Assembly: GCA_963790025.1 (NCBI GenBank)
Contig: CAWBMP010000004.1
Span: 928,001-992,000 of the forward strand
DNA length: 64,000 nucleotides
From: Nitrospirota bacterium
GTDB taxonomy: Bacteria; Nitrospirota; Thermodesulfovibrionia; Thermodesulfovibrionales; Dissulfurispiraceae
Direction of reading: 5' to 3'
Shown: one piece after another, positions 22,021 through 31,678 of the stretch
How the letters are laid out: each line of letters opens with the position of its first letter
Numbering within the stretch: position 1 is the first letter of the stretch
Notes under the pieces: model-generated
The model's database searches: none
What the model saw: the letters and a program-made list of their open reading frames with translations, nothing else
Told to the model about the DNA's origin: nothing
Program-made: the position numbers and the translations under genes

Positions 22021-22671
22021 TTAAAGCGAGGTTAGTCCCTCTTTTATGGCATATCTGGTAAGTTCGGCCACGCTGTGAACGTTAAGTTTGTTGAAAATAT
22101 TCTGCCGTTGTGTCTCAATGGTCTTCGGGCTCACCTGCAGAAGTGCTGCAATCTCCTTTATGGACTTCCCTTCCGAAATAAGCTGTAATACTTCGCGCTC
22201 CCTGTTTGTAAGAATGGAAAAGGCCGAGGGCGGAGTTTCCTCCCCGGATTGCTGGAGAAAGTCTTTCATGAAAAAGGTTGCCACAATGGGGCTTAAATAT
22301 ACCTGATCTTTTAAAACCGCATGAATGGCATAAACCAGCTCTTCCGAAGCGCAATCCTTGATGATATAGGCTGAGGACCCTGCATTGAACATTTCGGTCG
22401 CAAAATTCTTATTGGAAAGCATTGACAGCGCAATAACCTTAGTGTGAGGATTATTGGCGATGATCATTCTCGTTGCTTCTATTCCATTTAATTCAGGCAT
22501 ACTTACATCCATGATCACTATGTCCGGAGAGAGTTCTTGAGAGAGCCCTACAGCTGTCCTTCCGTCACCCGCCTCGGCAACAACTTCAAAGTCATCTTGC
22601 TTCTCAAGCAGTGCGCGAAGGCCCTCACGCATGATCCTGTGGTCATCGGCAATTAGAATTTTTGTAATCAT
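22021..22671 (-). CDS. NarL/LuxR-family response regulator
   Basis: ADDH, MDVSMP receiver; LTNREREVLQLISEGKS..EIA..L.VSPKT HTH. Confidence 0.92.
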   Translation of the reverse strand: MITKILIADDHRIMREGLRALLEKQDDFEVVAEAGDGRTAVGLSQELSPDIVIMDVSMPELNGIEATRMIIANNPHTKVIALSMLSNKNFATEMFNAGSSAYIIKDCASEELVYAIHAVLKDQVYLSPIVATFFMKDFLQQSGEETPPSAFSILTNREREVLQLISEGKSIKEIAALLQVSPKTIETQRQNIFNKLNVHSVAELTRYAIKEGLTSL

Positions 22672-22683
22672 ACCATCTCTCTT

Positions 22684-23763
22684 TCATAAAGGAACGACTA
22701 CGGTGCAACAGGTCCCACATTCAGGTTCAGAAACTATCTCAAACTTACCTCTGAGATAATTTATTCGCTCCTGTATGATAAATAATCCAAGGCTTCCTTT
22801 TCTACTATAATTATCATTCGAGGTATCCATACCGACTCCCTCGTCTTTGACCTCGATTCGCAGGCTGTTGCCATCGCTTGTCATAGTGATTCGAGCCATC
22901 CGTGTATTCGCATGTTTGACAATATTTATTAACAGCTCATGTATCGTTTTGAAAAGAAGAATACTTGTTTCACTGTCCAACTGCCTGTGTATTTTATCGC
23001 AGGTAAATTCAATCACGGTCCCATGCTTTTCTTTAAAATGTTCGCAGAGCCAGTTTATGGCCGCAATCAAACCCAATTTATGCAGGATGGGAGAACTGAG
23101 CTCAAAAGATAATGATCTTGTAAATTGTATCGACTGCTCAATCAACTCTCTGATCTCGTTCAATTCATTGGAGATATGGACGCCGGAAGTGGATTGTTGC
23201 AGCGAAATTAGTTTGATTTTTGACAGAGCTAGGGTTTGGCCGATATTATCGTGCAGTTCCTCGGATATTTGTTTTCTTTTTTGTTCTTCCAGTAATGATA
23301 ATCTTTGCATAAGCATTTGGAGGCTTTTTTGATACGTGAGAATTTTTTCCTCGACCAGTTTGCGTTCGTTCACTTCCGCAATTAAAGCGGTAGTTCTCTC
23401 TTCTATCTTTTCTTCCAGATGTTCGTTGAGCATTTTGACATTTGAAAGAAGAAAGACAATACTAATAAAAACGCTCAATTTAAGCACTGCATTTAGATAG
23501 GGGATACCGGGGCTTGAATAGTGTACGTTCCACAGTAACTCGGCGCAAAGCCATGTAAGTGTGCCGGCAACGGCTATTAATATCCCGGCCCTTTTCCCAA
23601 CAAACCAGACCGCAAAGGCAACGGGCAGCATATAAAAAACTGCTAAACTAATCTCTGTGCCTGTTATGTAATCAATGAAGCCGATGAAAAAAACCCAAAC
23701 TAATGACAGAAACGTGAGAAATGCAGCGCTTTGTCTGATGAGATATTTTAATAAACGTTTCAT
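22684..23763 (-). CDS. Membrane sensor histidine kinase, HisKA_3 (NarX/ComP-like)
   Basis: N-terminal TM helices, ISEELHDNIGQ H-box, ELLINIVKHA, DEGVGM, LGL. Confidence 0.9.
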   Translation of the reverse strand: MKRLLKYLIRQSAAFLTFLSLVWVFFIGFIDYITGTEISLAVFYMLPVAFAVWFVGKRAGILIAVAGTLTWLCAELLWNVHYSSPGIPYLNAVLKLSVFISIVFLLSNVKMLNEHLEEKIEERTTALIAEVNERKLVEEKILTYQKSLQMLMQRLSLLEEQKRKQISEELHDNIGQTLALSKIKLISLQQSTSGVHISNELNEIRELIEQSIQFTRSLSFELSSPILHKLGLIAAINWLCEHFKEKHGTVIEFTCDKIHRQLDSETSILLFKTIHELLINIVKHANTRMARITMTSDGNSLRIEVKDEGVGMDTSNDNYSRKGSLGLFIIQERINYLRGKFEIVSEPECGTCCTVVVPL

Positions 23764-23924
23764 AAGAAATTAGTCGGTATATCGCACTTATCTCTTAGTA
23801 TCATGCTACTTTATAATACTACAAATCCGGCCCTTTCTCCTGCACGACCTTATTCACACTTCGAATTATCAATTGACCAAAGCATTGCTAGCCCCTGTTT
23901 TGTTACAATGACAAAGCAGGATAG

Positions 23925-24671
23925 ATGAGAGGCATGGAGACTAAATACGATTGGATATACGGCGTTAATCCCGTTACGGAAGCGATTAAATCGGGGCGGA
24001 AGATCGATATGTTATATGTCCAGCTTCAGAGTCAGAAGCACCTCAGCACTATCATTGAGGCGGCAAAATCTAAAGGCACTCCGGTGAAGCTCGAAACAAA
24101 AGAGTTTTTCGATGGCAGATTTCAAAAAGGCCATCAGGGTATCGCCGTCATAACGCGCAGGAAGGAAAAACTGCACATTGAGGAATTATTGGACATCCCC
24201 GGCAAAAAAGGCGAAGTACCCTTTTTTATCATCCTTGACACGATAGAGGACCCGAGGAATTTCGGTGCGATACTCAGGGTTGCGGATGCAGCGGGGGCAC
24301 ATGGGATTGTTTTTCAGTCGCGCAGGTCAGCGAGCATTACCCCTGTGGTGGCAAAGGCTTCGGCAGGAGCGATTGAACACGTAAACCTCGCTGAGACAGT
24401 CAACATAAAGCATGCCATGGAAAAAATGAGAAAGGCCGGCATCGTTTTAATCGGTGCAGAAGCTGGGGCAGGCAGAGCGCCCTGGGTCATAGATATGCGG
24501 GTCCCGCTGGCCCTTATTGTCGGCTCTGAAGGAGAAGGCTTGCGGCGTACTGTGCGTGAGATGTGCGATATGACGGTCAGCCTCCCCCTGAAAGGCACAG
24601 TCAACTCACTTAATGTATCGGTTGCTACGGGCATCCTCGCCTATGAGGTTATGCGTCAAAGGAAAGCCTGA
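23925..24671 (+). CDS. rlmB: 23S rRNA (Gm2251) methyltransferase, TrmH family
   Basis: IYGVNPV, HQGI, DPRNFGAILR, GSEGEG, SLNVSVA. Confidence 0.92.
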   Translation: MRGMETKYDWIYGVNPVTEAIKSGRKIDMLYVQLQSQKHLSTIIEAAKSKGTPVKLETKEFFDGRFQKGHQGIAVITRRKEKLHIEELLDIPGKKGEVPFFIILDTIEDPRNFGAILRVADAAGAHGIVFQSRRSASITPVVAKASAGAIEHVNLAETVNIKHAMEKMRKAGIVLIGAEAGAGRAPWVIDMRVPLALIVGSEGEGLRRTVREMCDMTVSLPLKGTVNSLNVSVATGILAYEVMRQRKA

Positions 24672-24685
24672 GAGGAGGTTTATAC

Positions 24686-25033
24686 ATGTCTGTGGAATAT
24701 TATATTCACCGCGTACCCGGCAGGTTAAGAATACGGACGCCTTTGTTGCACGGCAATCCGCAAAAGACCGATGAGTTTACAAAAAACATGAAGAATGTAA
24801 GTGGTATTCTGTCCCTTAAGATCAATCCTCTCACGGGCAGCGCCCTTTTGCTGTATGATGAAAAGACAATAAACTGCGAACAGCTCATCGGCATTCTTGA
24901 AAAATACGGCTACTTTGATCTCGCCAAATCTACGACCAGCGATCAACTTGTCGAGCACATTTCGGAAAAAGCGCTCGGAGTAGCGGAAGAAATAATAGTC
25001 ACGGTCATGGATGGCGGCGTTCCCGAGGGATAA
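24686..25033 (+). CDS. HMA2-domain small protein
   Basis: YIHRVPGRLRIR and NPLTGS.LL.YD motifs; GAGGAGG RBS. Confidence 0.75.
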   Translation: MSVEYYIHRVPGRLRIRTPLLHGNPQKTDEFTKNMKNVSGILSLKINPLTGSALLLYDEKTINCEQLIGILEKYGYFDLAKSTTSDQLVEHISEKALGVAEEIIVTVMDGGVPEG

Positions 25034-25142
25034 GTTCGATATGCCGACAAATTTATTATGAAAAGTTTAATAAAATATATCAATAGACGAAACGCTGCAT
25101 TTCTCACGTATCTGTAATTAGTTTGAGCTAATGTATCATTTC

Positions 25143-25240
25143 CGACACACTTCAGGCCTATCAATTATCTGTATCGGGAATTTCCTGATCTCAGGCTTCT
25201 GTTTTCCTGATTGATACCTGCCCCGGAATAGTTTTATTTT
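25143..25240 (+). promoter_or_regulatory. Duplicated promoter element copy B (upstream of 25310 gene)
   Basis: cgacacacttcaggcctatcaattatctgtatcgggaatttcctgatctcaggcttctgttttcctgattgata; TTGATA may be a -35. Confidence 0.7.
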
Positions 25241-25309
25241 AAAATTTTACGTCTCATGATCAAAAAGATATTATTAATGCCGCATAAAATACGATTTGGG
25301 GAATAAGGC

Positions 25310-26218
25310 ATGGGAATAACAAGAGGCGCGTCAAAATTACTGGCAATAACGCTTAGAGACAAGGTTTTGTCCGGCAGTGTTATTACCTTAGGAGTTCTTG
25401 GCATCCAAAACACATATGACGAACTTGTAAAGACTTTTAGTGCAACAAATTTTAATTATACGGCGCTGAGACCGGATGAGATTATAGCTGACAATCTCAC
25501 ACAATGGAAAGATACCGTCCATCAGAGTGTTTTTTTTAAAATGCTGGGGTTCAATAACATTGACAGCATCGACTATTTTCCCGATGAAAATCCAACCTTT
25601 GTGTATGATCTGAACAAACCCTTGCCTCCGGAATTATACGGCAAATACGATTTGGTATACGATGGCGGAACAACCGAACACTGTTTTGATGTAAAGCAGG
25701 TCTTGACCAATGCCGTCAATTTGGCGAAAGTGGGTGGAATGATCATACATCATTTGCCCATGAACAAGTCGATAGATCATGGTTTTTATCAGTTTTCACC
25801 CACATGGTTTTTTGATTTTTATGGAACTAATGGTTTTACTGACATGGAAATGAAGATACACTTCCAGAATTCGGCAAAGGAGCTTTATTTCACCTATGAC
25901 CCGCGAAAAGACAGGGCGCTTCCTTTTTCATTTGGCTATGACGCTGTTTATGCATTCTTCAGCGCCAGGAAAAAATCTGACCAGCCGGTCATTAATCCAA
26001 TACAAAGTACCTACAGGAAAGCGTTTGGTGATCTAAAACCTGTTACGACTGGAAAAGAGATCAAAAAGTCCCCCTGGAAGAGACTTAAGTATCAGGTCTT
26101 AAAGGCGATATTCGCTGAAAATCATGTCGCAATAAAAAAGAAAATAGACTATTGGGTGGACAAAAGAAGGCTGCGCCGAAGAGTTGCAAGGATCAAACGG
26201 AATGCCATACCCCTTTAA
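25310..26218 (+). CDS. Hypothetical class I SAM-methyltransferase-like protein
   Basis: DLNKPLP...YDLVYDGGTTEHCFD...KVGGMIIHH...DHGFYQFSP; AT-rich. Confidence 0.6.
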   Translation: MGITRGASKLLAITLRDKVLSGSVITLGVLGIQNTYDELVKTFSATNFNYTALRPDEIIADNLTQWKDTVHQSVFFKMLGFNNIDSIDYFPDENPTFVYDLNKPLPPELYGKYDLVYDGGTTEHCFDVKQVLTNAVNLAKVGGMIIHHLPMNKSIDHGFYQFSPTWFFDFYGTNGFTDMEMKIHFQNSAKELYFTYDPRKDRALPFSFGYDAVYAFFSARKKSDQPVINPIQSTYRKAFGDLKPVTTGKEIKKSPWKRLKYQVLKAIFAENHVAIKKKIDYWVDKRRLRRRVARIKRNAIPL

Positions 26219-26223
26219 AACGC

Positions 26224-27369
26224 TCAGCGGCAGAGCGTTGCCAGTGACAAAAATGCGACCGCAATAGAAGCAAAACATGCGACCAGTACTCCCGGCCAGC
26301 CGTAAGCATCCCATAAAAAACCCGGCAAAAGGGCCCCGGCGCTTCCTCCGATGTAGTATGAAAACAGGTACAGCGACGTGGCCGAGCCCTTGCTCGACGT
26401 TGCATTGTCGCCTATGAAAGCGCCGGCAGCGGGTTGTATGGAAAACAGGCCCGCACATAGCAGCAGCAGACCGAAAATGATTACCGGCAGGGAATGGATT
26501 ATGGTAAGGGAAATGCCCAGCGCAGCTATAAACAACCCGGACCCCATAACCGCCCTCCGGCCGAATCGCCCGGAGAGCGAGCCGGCAACAGGTGAAAGTA
26601 CTCCCGAAACATATACGGTGAAAATGAGCCCGAGGGCAACCGTTGAGAGATTGAATGGCGGAGCGCTGAGATAAAACGTGACGTAAGTAAAGGCACCCGT
26701 AAATGTGAAGAACAACATAAAGGCTATTATAAAGGCCCCTGTCAATCTCCTGTTTTTGAAATGTTTGAACATTTCCCTATAGGCGTTATGCAGACCGGCA
26801 CTGCGTTTGAAGTTTTTGGATGCCGGCAGAAAACGAAACAGCAGCCATGATCCCAGTAAATTCAATATACCGAATACAATGAAGGTAATTCTCCAGTTGA
26901 AAATCCCTGCCAGCACGCCGCTCAGTACCCTTCCCAAAAAACCTGCTGTAACCATGCCACTGACATACACTCCCATCATTCTGCCCACTATTGCCGACGA
27001 AAATTCTTCATTTATATAGGCCATTGCAATGGCAGCTATTCCGGCCACGAAGAGTCCCTGTATGGTCCGCAGCAATAAAAAAGCAGTAAAATCATGGGTA
27101 AATGCAATTGCTAGTGTAGGGACCACCAGCAAAAAGCCGGTTGCAACCATTACAGGTTTACGTCCAACATAGTCGGAAGCGGGGCCATAGACGAGCAATG
27201 CAAGAGCGAGTGCAAGGATGTTGAGAGATACCGCCAGACTCGCAACGGTGTGACTCACGCCAAAACTGACGCTTAAAAGCGGCAGAATAGGCTGGGCGAC
27301 ATATATATCGGATATAATCGCCACAGTTGCAAACCAGAGCGTAGCGATCGCCACCTTGCCTTGATTCAC
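26224..27369 (-). CDS. MFS transporter, YnfM-like
   Basis: QPILP, GPASDYVGRK, AMAYINEE, SLYLFSYYIGGS; about 12 TM segments. Confidence 0.88.
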   Translation of the reverse strand: MNQGKVAIATLWFATVAIISDIYVAQPILPLLSVSFGVSHTVASLAVSLNILALALALLVYGPASDYVGRKPVMVATGFLLVVPTLAIAFTHDFTAFLLLRTIQGLFVAGIAAIAMAYINEEFSSAIVGRMMGVYVSGMVTAGFLGRVLSGVLAGIFNWRITFIVFGILNLLGSWLLFRFLPASKNFKRSAGLHNAYREMFKHFKNRRLTGAFIIAFMLFFTFTGAFTYVTFYLSAPPFNLSTVALGLIFTVYVSGVLSPVAGSLSGRFGRRAVMGSGLFIAALGISLTIIHSLPVIIFGLLLLCAGLFSIQPAAGAFIGDNATSSKGSATSLYLFSYYIGGSAGALLPGFLWDAYGWPGVLVACFASIAVAFLSLATLCR

Positions 27370-27478
27370 ATCATTTATATTCAGCGGTGTATCACAGCAA
27401 GTTTATTGTTCATTTTATTACTGTGTCCTTTTTGATCTGCAGAATGCTTCGCACCCTTATTATAACCAATCTAAGTAC

Positions 27479-27652
27479 TGCAGAACATGGCATGTCCGTT
27501 TTTCGGCAAAATATCACGGGTCTATTGTAACGGGGACGAGTAACGCCGAGTCCCAACACCTGCATTACTGCTCATTAGTCTGCAATAAAATTATTTGGAT
27601 TGGAAGGATGGTAGTTTTATTTTGCTGAAAAACTGACATGCCATGTTCTGCA
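27479..27652. mobile_element. MITE-like element, 174 bp, with 35-bp terminal inverted repeats
   Basis: TGCAGAACATGGCATGTCCGTTTTTCGGCAAAATA (27479-27513) vs reverse complement of 27618-27652, 2 mismatches; non-coding interior; no clear target duplication. Confidence 0.55.
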
Positions 27653-27751
27653 CCACCCCTGACGTAACATTGTCTATATTAATACTATTTTGTTAGTTTT
27701 AATTCATTATTGTCGTTAAGCCAAAAAGCCTCTCTTATTTTTTTCTCTTAA

Positions 27752-27786
27752 TTTCAAGCAGTATCGCTGCTGGCATGGTGATTGCT
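27752..27786 (+). promoter_or_regulatory. sigma54 promoter of nifH with IHF-like site
   Basis: TGGCATGGTGATTGCT at 27771-27786; TTTCAAGCAGTAT 19 bp upstream. Confidence 0.85.
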
Positions 27787-27806
27787 TCTATGGGAATCAA
27801 TTGTAA

Positions 27807-28667
<861 letters not shown>

Positions 28668-28676
28668 GGAGGAACT

Positions 28677-30137
28677 ATGAGCTCGGCAATTAAAGATACA
28701 CAGAAAATGATAGAGGAAATTCTGGATGCCTATCCGGAGAAAGCGAAAAAGGACAGGGCGAAGCATCTGGCTGCCAACGATCCGACCGGCCAGTGCAGCA
28801 CCTGCCAGGTCAAGTCGAACGTAAAATCGAGACCGGGCGTCATGACAGTCAGAGGATGCGCTTTCGCGGGCGCGAAAGGTGTGGTCTGGGGTCCGGTAAA
28901 AGACCAGATCACTATCAGCCACGGCCCCATCGGCTGCGGACAGTACAGTTGGTGGGCCAGGAGAAACTACTATAACGGACAGACCGGCGTAGACACCTTC
29001 GGCACTATGCATATCACTACGGACTTCCAGGAAAAAGACATAGTGTACGGTGGAGATAAAGGACTCGACGGTGCACTCCATGAGCTGAAAGAGCTTTTTC
29101 CCCTTGCCAAGGGGATAGGTATCCTCTCCGAATGTCCTGTAGGCCTCATCGGTGACGATATTGAATCGGTCGCAAAAAAGGTGCAAAAGGAATTCAAGAT
29201 ACCTATTGTGCCGGTGAGATGTGAGGGATTCAGAGGGGTAAGCCAGTCACTCGGTCATCACATTGCCAACGATACTATAAGAGACCACGTGCTCGGCAAA
29301 GGCCGCCTGGAAAAGAAAACGCCCTACGATGTGGCGCTGATCGGCGACTACAACATAGGAGGCGACGCGTGGGCATCACGGAAGATGCTGGAAGAGATGG
29401 GGTTGAGGGTAATCGCGCAGTGGACAGGCGATGCATCTGTCAATGAGATGGGTATAGCACACATGTCAAAACTTAACCTTATCCACTGCTACCGTTCCAT
29501 GAACTACATATGCAGGCACATGGAAGAGCAGTACGGCACCCCGTGGGCCGAGTTCAACTTCTTCGGCCCGACCAAGATATACCAGAGCCTGAGGAAGATC
29601 GCCTCTTATTTTGATGATACGATCAAGGAAAATGCGGAGAAAATGATCGCTAAATACAAACCTATTATGGATAAGGTCATCGAGCAATTCAAGCCGAAGC
29701 TCGAAGGCAAAAAAGTAATGCTTTATGTAGGGGGCTTGCGGCCGAGACACACGATCGGCGCCTATGAAGACCTCGGCATGGAGGTCATTGCCTCGGGATA
29801 TGAATTCGGGCACAATGATGATTACAAAAGGACCTATCCCGATCTGAAGGAGGGCGCCGTAATAATGGATGACGCTACACTTTATGAAATGGAGGAATTC
29901 ACCAGAAGACTCAAACCCGATATGGTCGGTTCCGGAATAAAGGAGAAATACTCTTACCATAAGCTGGGAGTACCATTCAGGCAGATGCACTCCTGGGATT
30001 ACTCGGGACCCTATCACGGCTTTGACGGCTTTCCGGTTTTCGCCCGGGACATGGACATGACGGTGAACAGTCCGACATGGAAATTAATAAGAAAACGCGG
30101 GGTCCCCAGGAAGTCCGGGGACTTAGTGGGGAGGTAG
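28677..30137 (+). CDS. nifD: Nitrogenase MoFe protein alpha chain
   Basis: [28 protein letters not shown] (FeMo-co Cys), [15 protein letters not shown] (His ligand). Confidence 0.98.
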   Translation: MSSAIKDTQKMIEEILDAYPEKAKKDRAKHLAANDPTGQCSTCQVKSNVKSRPGVMTVRGCAFAGAKGVVWGPVKDQITISHGPIGCGQYSWWARRNYYNGQTGVDTFGTMHITTDFQEKDIVYGGDKGLDGALHELKELFPLAKGIGILSECPVGLIGDDIESVAKKVQKEFKIPIVPVRCEGFRGVSQSLGHHIANDTIRDHVLGKGRLEKKTPYDVALIGDYNIGGDAWASRKMLEEMGLRVIAQWTGDASVNEMGIAHMSKLNLIHCYRSMNYICRHMEEQYGTPWAEFNFFGPTKIYQSLRKIASYFDDTIKENAEKMIAKYKPIMDKVIEQFKPKLEGKKVMLYVGGLRPRHTIGAYEDLGMEVIASGYEFGHNDDYKRTYPDLKEGAVIMDDATLYEMEEFTRRLKPDMVGSGIKEKYSYHKLGVPFRQMHSWDYSGPYHGFDGFPVFARDMDMTVNSPTWKLIRKRGVPRKSGDLVGR

Positions 30138-30142
30138 TTAAA

Positions 30143-31657
30143 ATGAAAGCACTAAAAATACTTGACCATAACGAACTCTTTCGGGACAAGGAGTACCAGG
30201 AACAGTTCGACCGCAAGAAAGAGTTTGAGGATTCCTGGCCCGCGGAAAGAGTGAAAGAGGTGGCAGAATGGACAAAGACGGAGGACTATAAGGAAAAGAA
30301 CTTTGCCCGGAAGAACATAAAGATCAATCCTGTAAAGGCTTGTCAGCCCCTCGGAGCGCTTTTATGTTCCTCCGGTTTCGCGGATACCATGCCCTTTGTT
30401 CAGGGGGCCCAGGGCTGTGTTGCCTATTTCAGAAGTCATCTGAACCGGCATTTCAAGGAGCCGCTGGCCGCCATCTCCACGTCCATGACCGAAGATGCAG
30501 CGGTCTTCGGCGGGCTTAACAACATGCTGGAAGGGCTGGAAAATGCATATTCGCTGTACAAGCCGAAGATGCTGGCCGTCTTCACCACCTGCATTGCCGA
30601 AGTTATCGGCGACGATCTGAATGCTTATGTAAAGACGGCACGGGAAAAAGGCCTCATCCCCGCTGACCTTCCCGTACCGCAGGCACATACGCCGAGCTTC
30701 GTAGGCTCACAGATAACCGGGTACGATAACGAGCTGAAGGCAATACTTTCGACTATCACAACTGGAAAAAAAAGCACACCGAACGGCAAGGTGAATATGG
30801 TTCCCGGCTTTGACACCTATACGGGGAATTACCGGGAGTTGAAAAGAGTCCTTGACATCATGGGAGTTGAACATACCATCCTGGCCGATGTGACCAACAC
30901 ATTCGATTCGCCCAATACGGGTGAGTATAAGCTTTATCCCGGTGGCACTCCGCTTGCCGATGCAGCGGATTCGATCAATGCAATGGCCACCGTCGCTCTC
31001 CAGAGGTATTCAACTTTAAAGACCCTGGAGTATATAGAAAAAGAATGGGGGCAGAAGACAGCAGTGCTGCCGCCTCTCGGCATCAAGAATACCGATGCCT
31101 TCTTTGAGGAAATAAGCAGGATAACCGGAAAACCCATTCCCCAGGAGATCGAGGATGAGCGGGGCAGACTTGTTGATGCGCTGGTAGACTCCCATCCGTA
31201 TGTCCACGGAAAGAGATTTGCATTGACCGGAGACCCGGATCTCCTGCTCGGCCTTGTAAGTTTCATTATGGAAATGGGGGGCATACCGGTGCATATAGTC
31301 TGCACCAACGGCGACAAGAAGTTCGAAGAGGAAATGAATGCAGTCTTGAGCGAGAGCACCTTCGGCTCCGAGGGTAAAGTGTATATCAACAGGGACATGT
31401 GGCATCTGAGGTCATTGTTGTTCACCAATCCGGTTGATCTGCTAATCGGGAATTCCTATGCAAAATTCCTCTGGAGGGACACCGGGACCCCATTAATACG
31501 TATTGGGTTTCCCCTGTTCGACAGGCACCACCTCCACCGGTATCCCATTATCGGATATCAGGGGGCACTCAATATGTTTACGCAGATAGTAAACACGGTA
31601 CTTGATGAGATGGACAGAAAGACAATAGACACAACAAGCTTCGACGTAATAAGGTAG
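30143..31657 (+). CDS. nifK: Nitrogenase MoFe protein beta chain
   Basis: NPVKACQPLGA, QGAQGC, TTCIAEVIGDD, TPSFVGS, GFPLFDRHH; start 30143 after GGAGGT. Confidence 0.97.
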   Translation: MKALKILDHNELFRDKEYQEQFDRKKEFEDSWPAERVKEVAEWTKTEDYKEKNFARKNIKINPVKACQPLGALLCSSGFADTMPFVQGAQGCVAYFRSHLNRHFKEPLAAISTSMTEDAAVFGGLNNMLEGLENAYSLYKPKMLAVFTTCIAEVIGDDLNAYVKTAREKGLIPADLPVPQAHTPSFVGSQITGYDNELKAILSTITTGKKSTPNGKVNMVPGFDTYTGNYRELKRVLDIMGVEHTILADVTNTFDSPNTGEYKLYPGGTPLADAADSINAMATVALQRYSTLKTLEYIEKEWGQKTAVLPPLGIKNTDAFFEEISRITGKPIPQEIEDERGRLVDALVDSHPYVHGKRFALTGDPDLLLGLVSFIMEMGGIPVHIVCTNGDKKFEEEMNAVLSESTFGSEGKVYINRDMWHLRSLLFTNPVDLLIGNSYAKFLWRDTGTPLIRIGFPLFDRHHLHRYPIIGYQGALNMFTQIVNTVLDEMDRKTIDTTSFDVIR

Positions 31658-31678
31658 TCCGTTTATAGGAGGATTACA

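Noticed and set aside
30077..30142. Longer nifK start overlapping nifD (also longer starts for amt2 51186, purL 14614, tsaA 40477, cysE 16641)
   Set aside because: Downstream ATGs have better RBS or fit; the amt2 extension overlaps its own promoter
28677..31657. Alternative (V or Fe-only) nitrogenase
   Set aside because: No vnfG/anfG between D and K; Mo-type motifs (HCYRS, MHSWDY) and linked modABC
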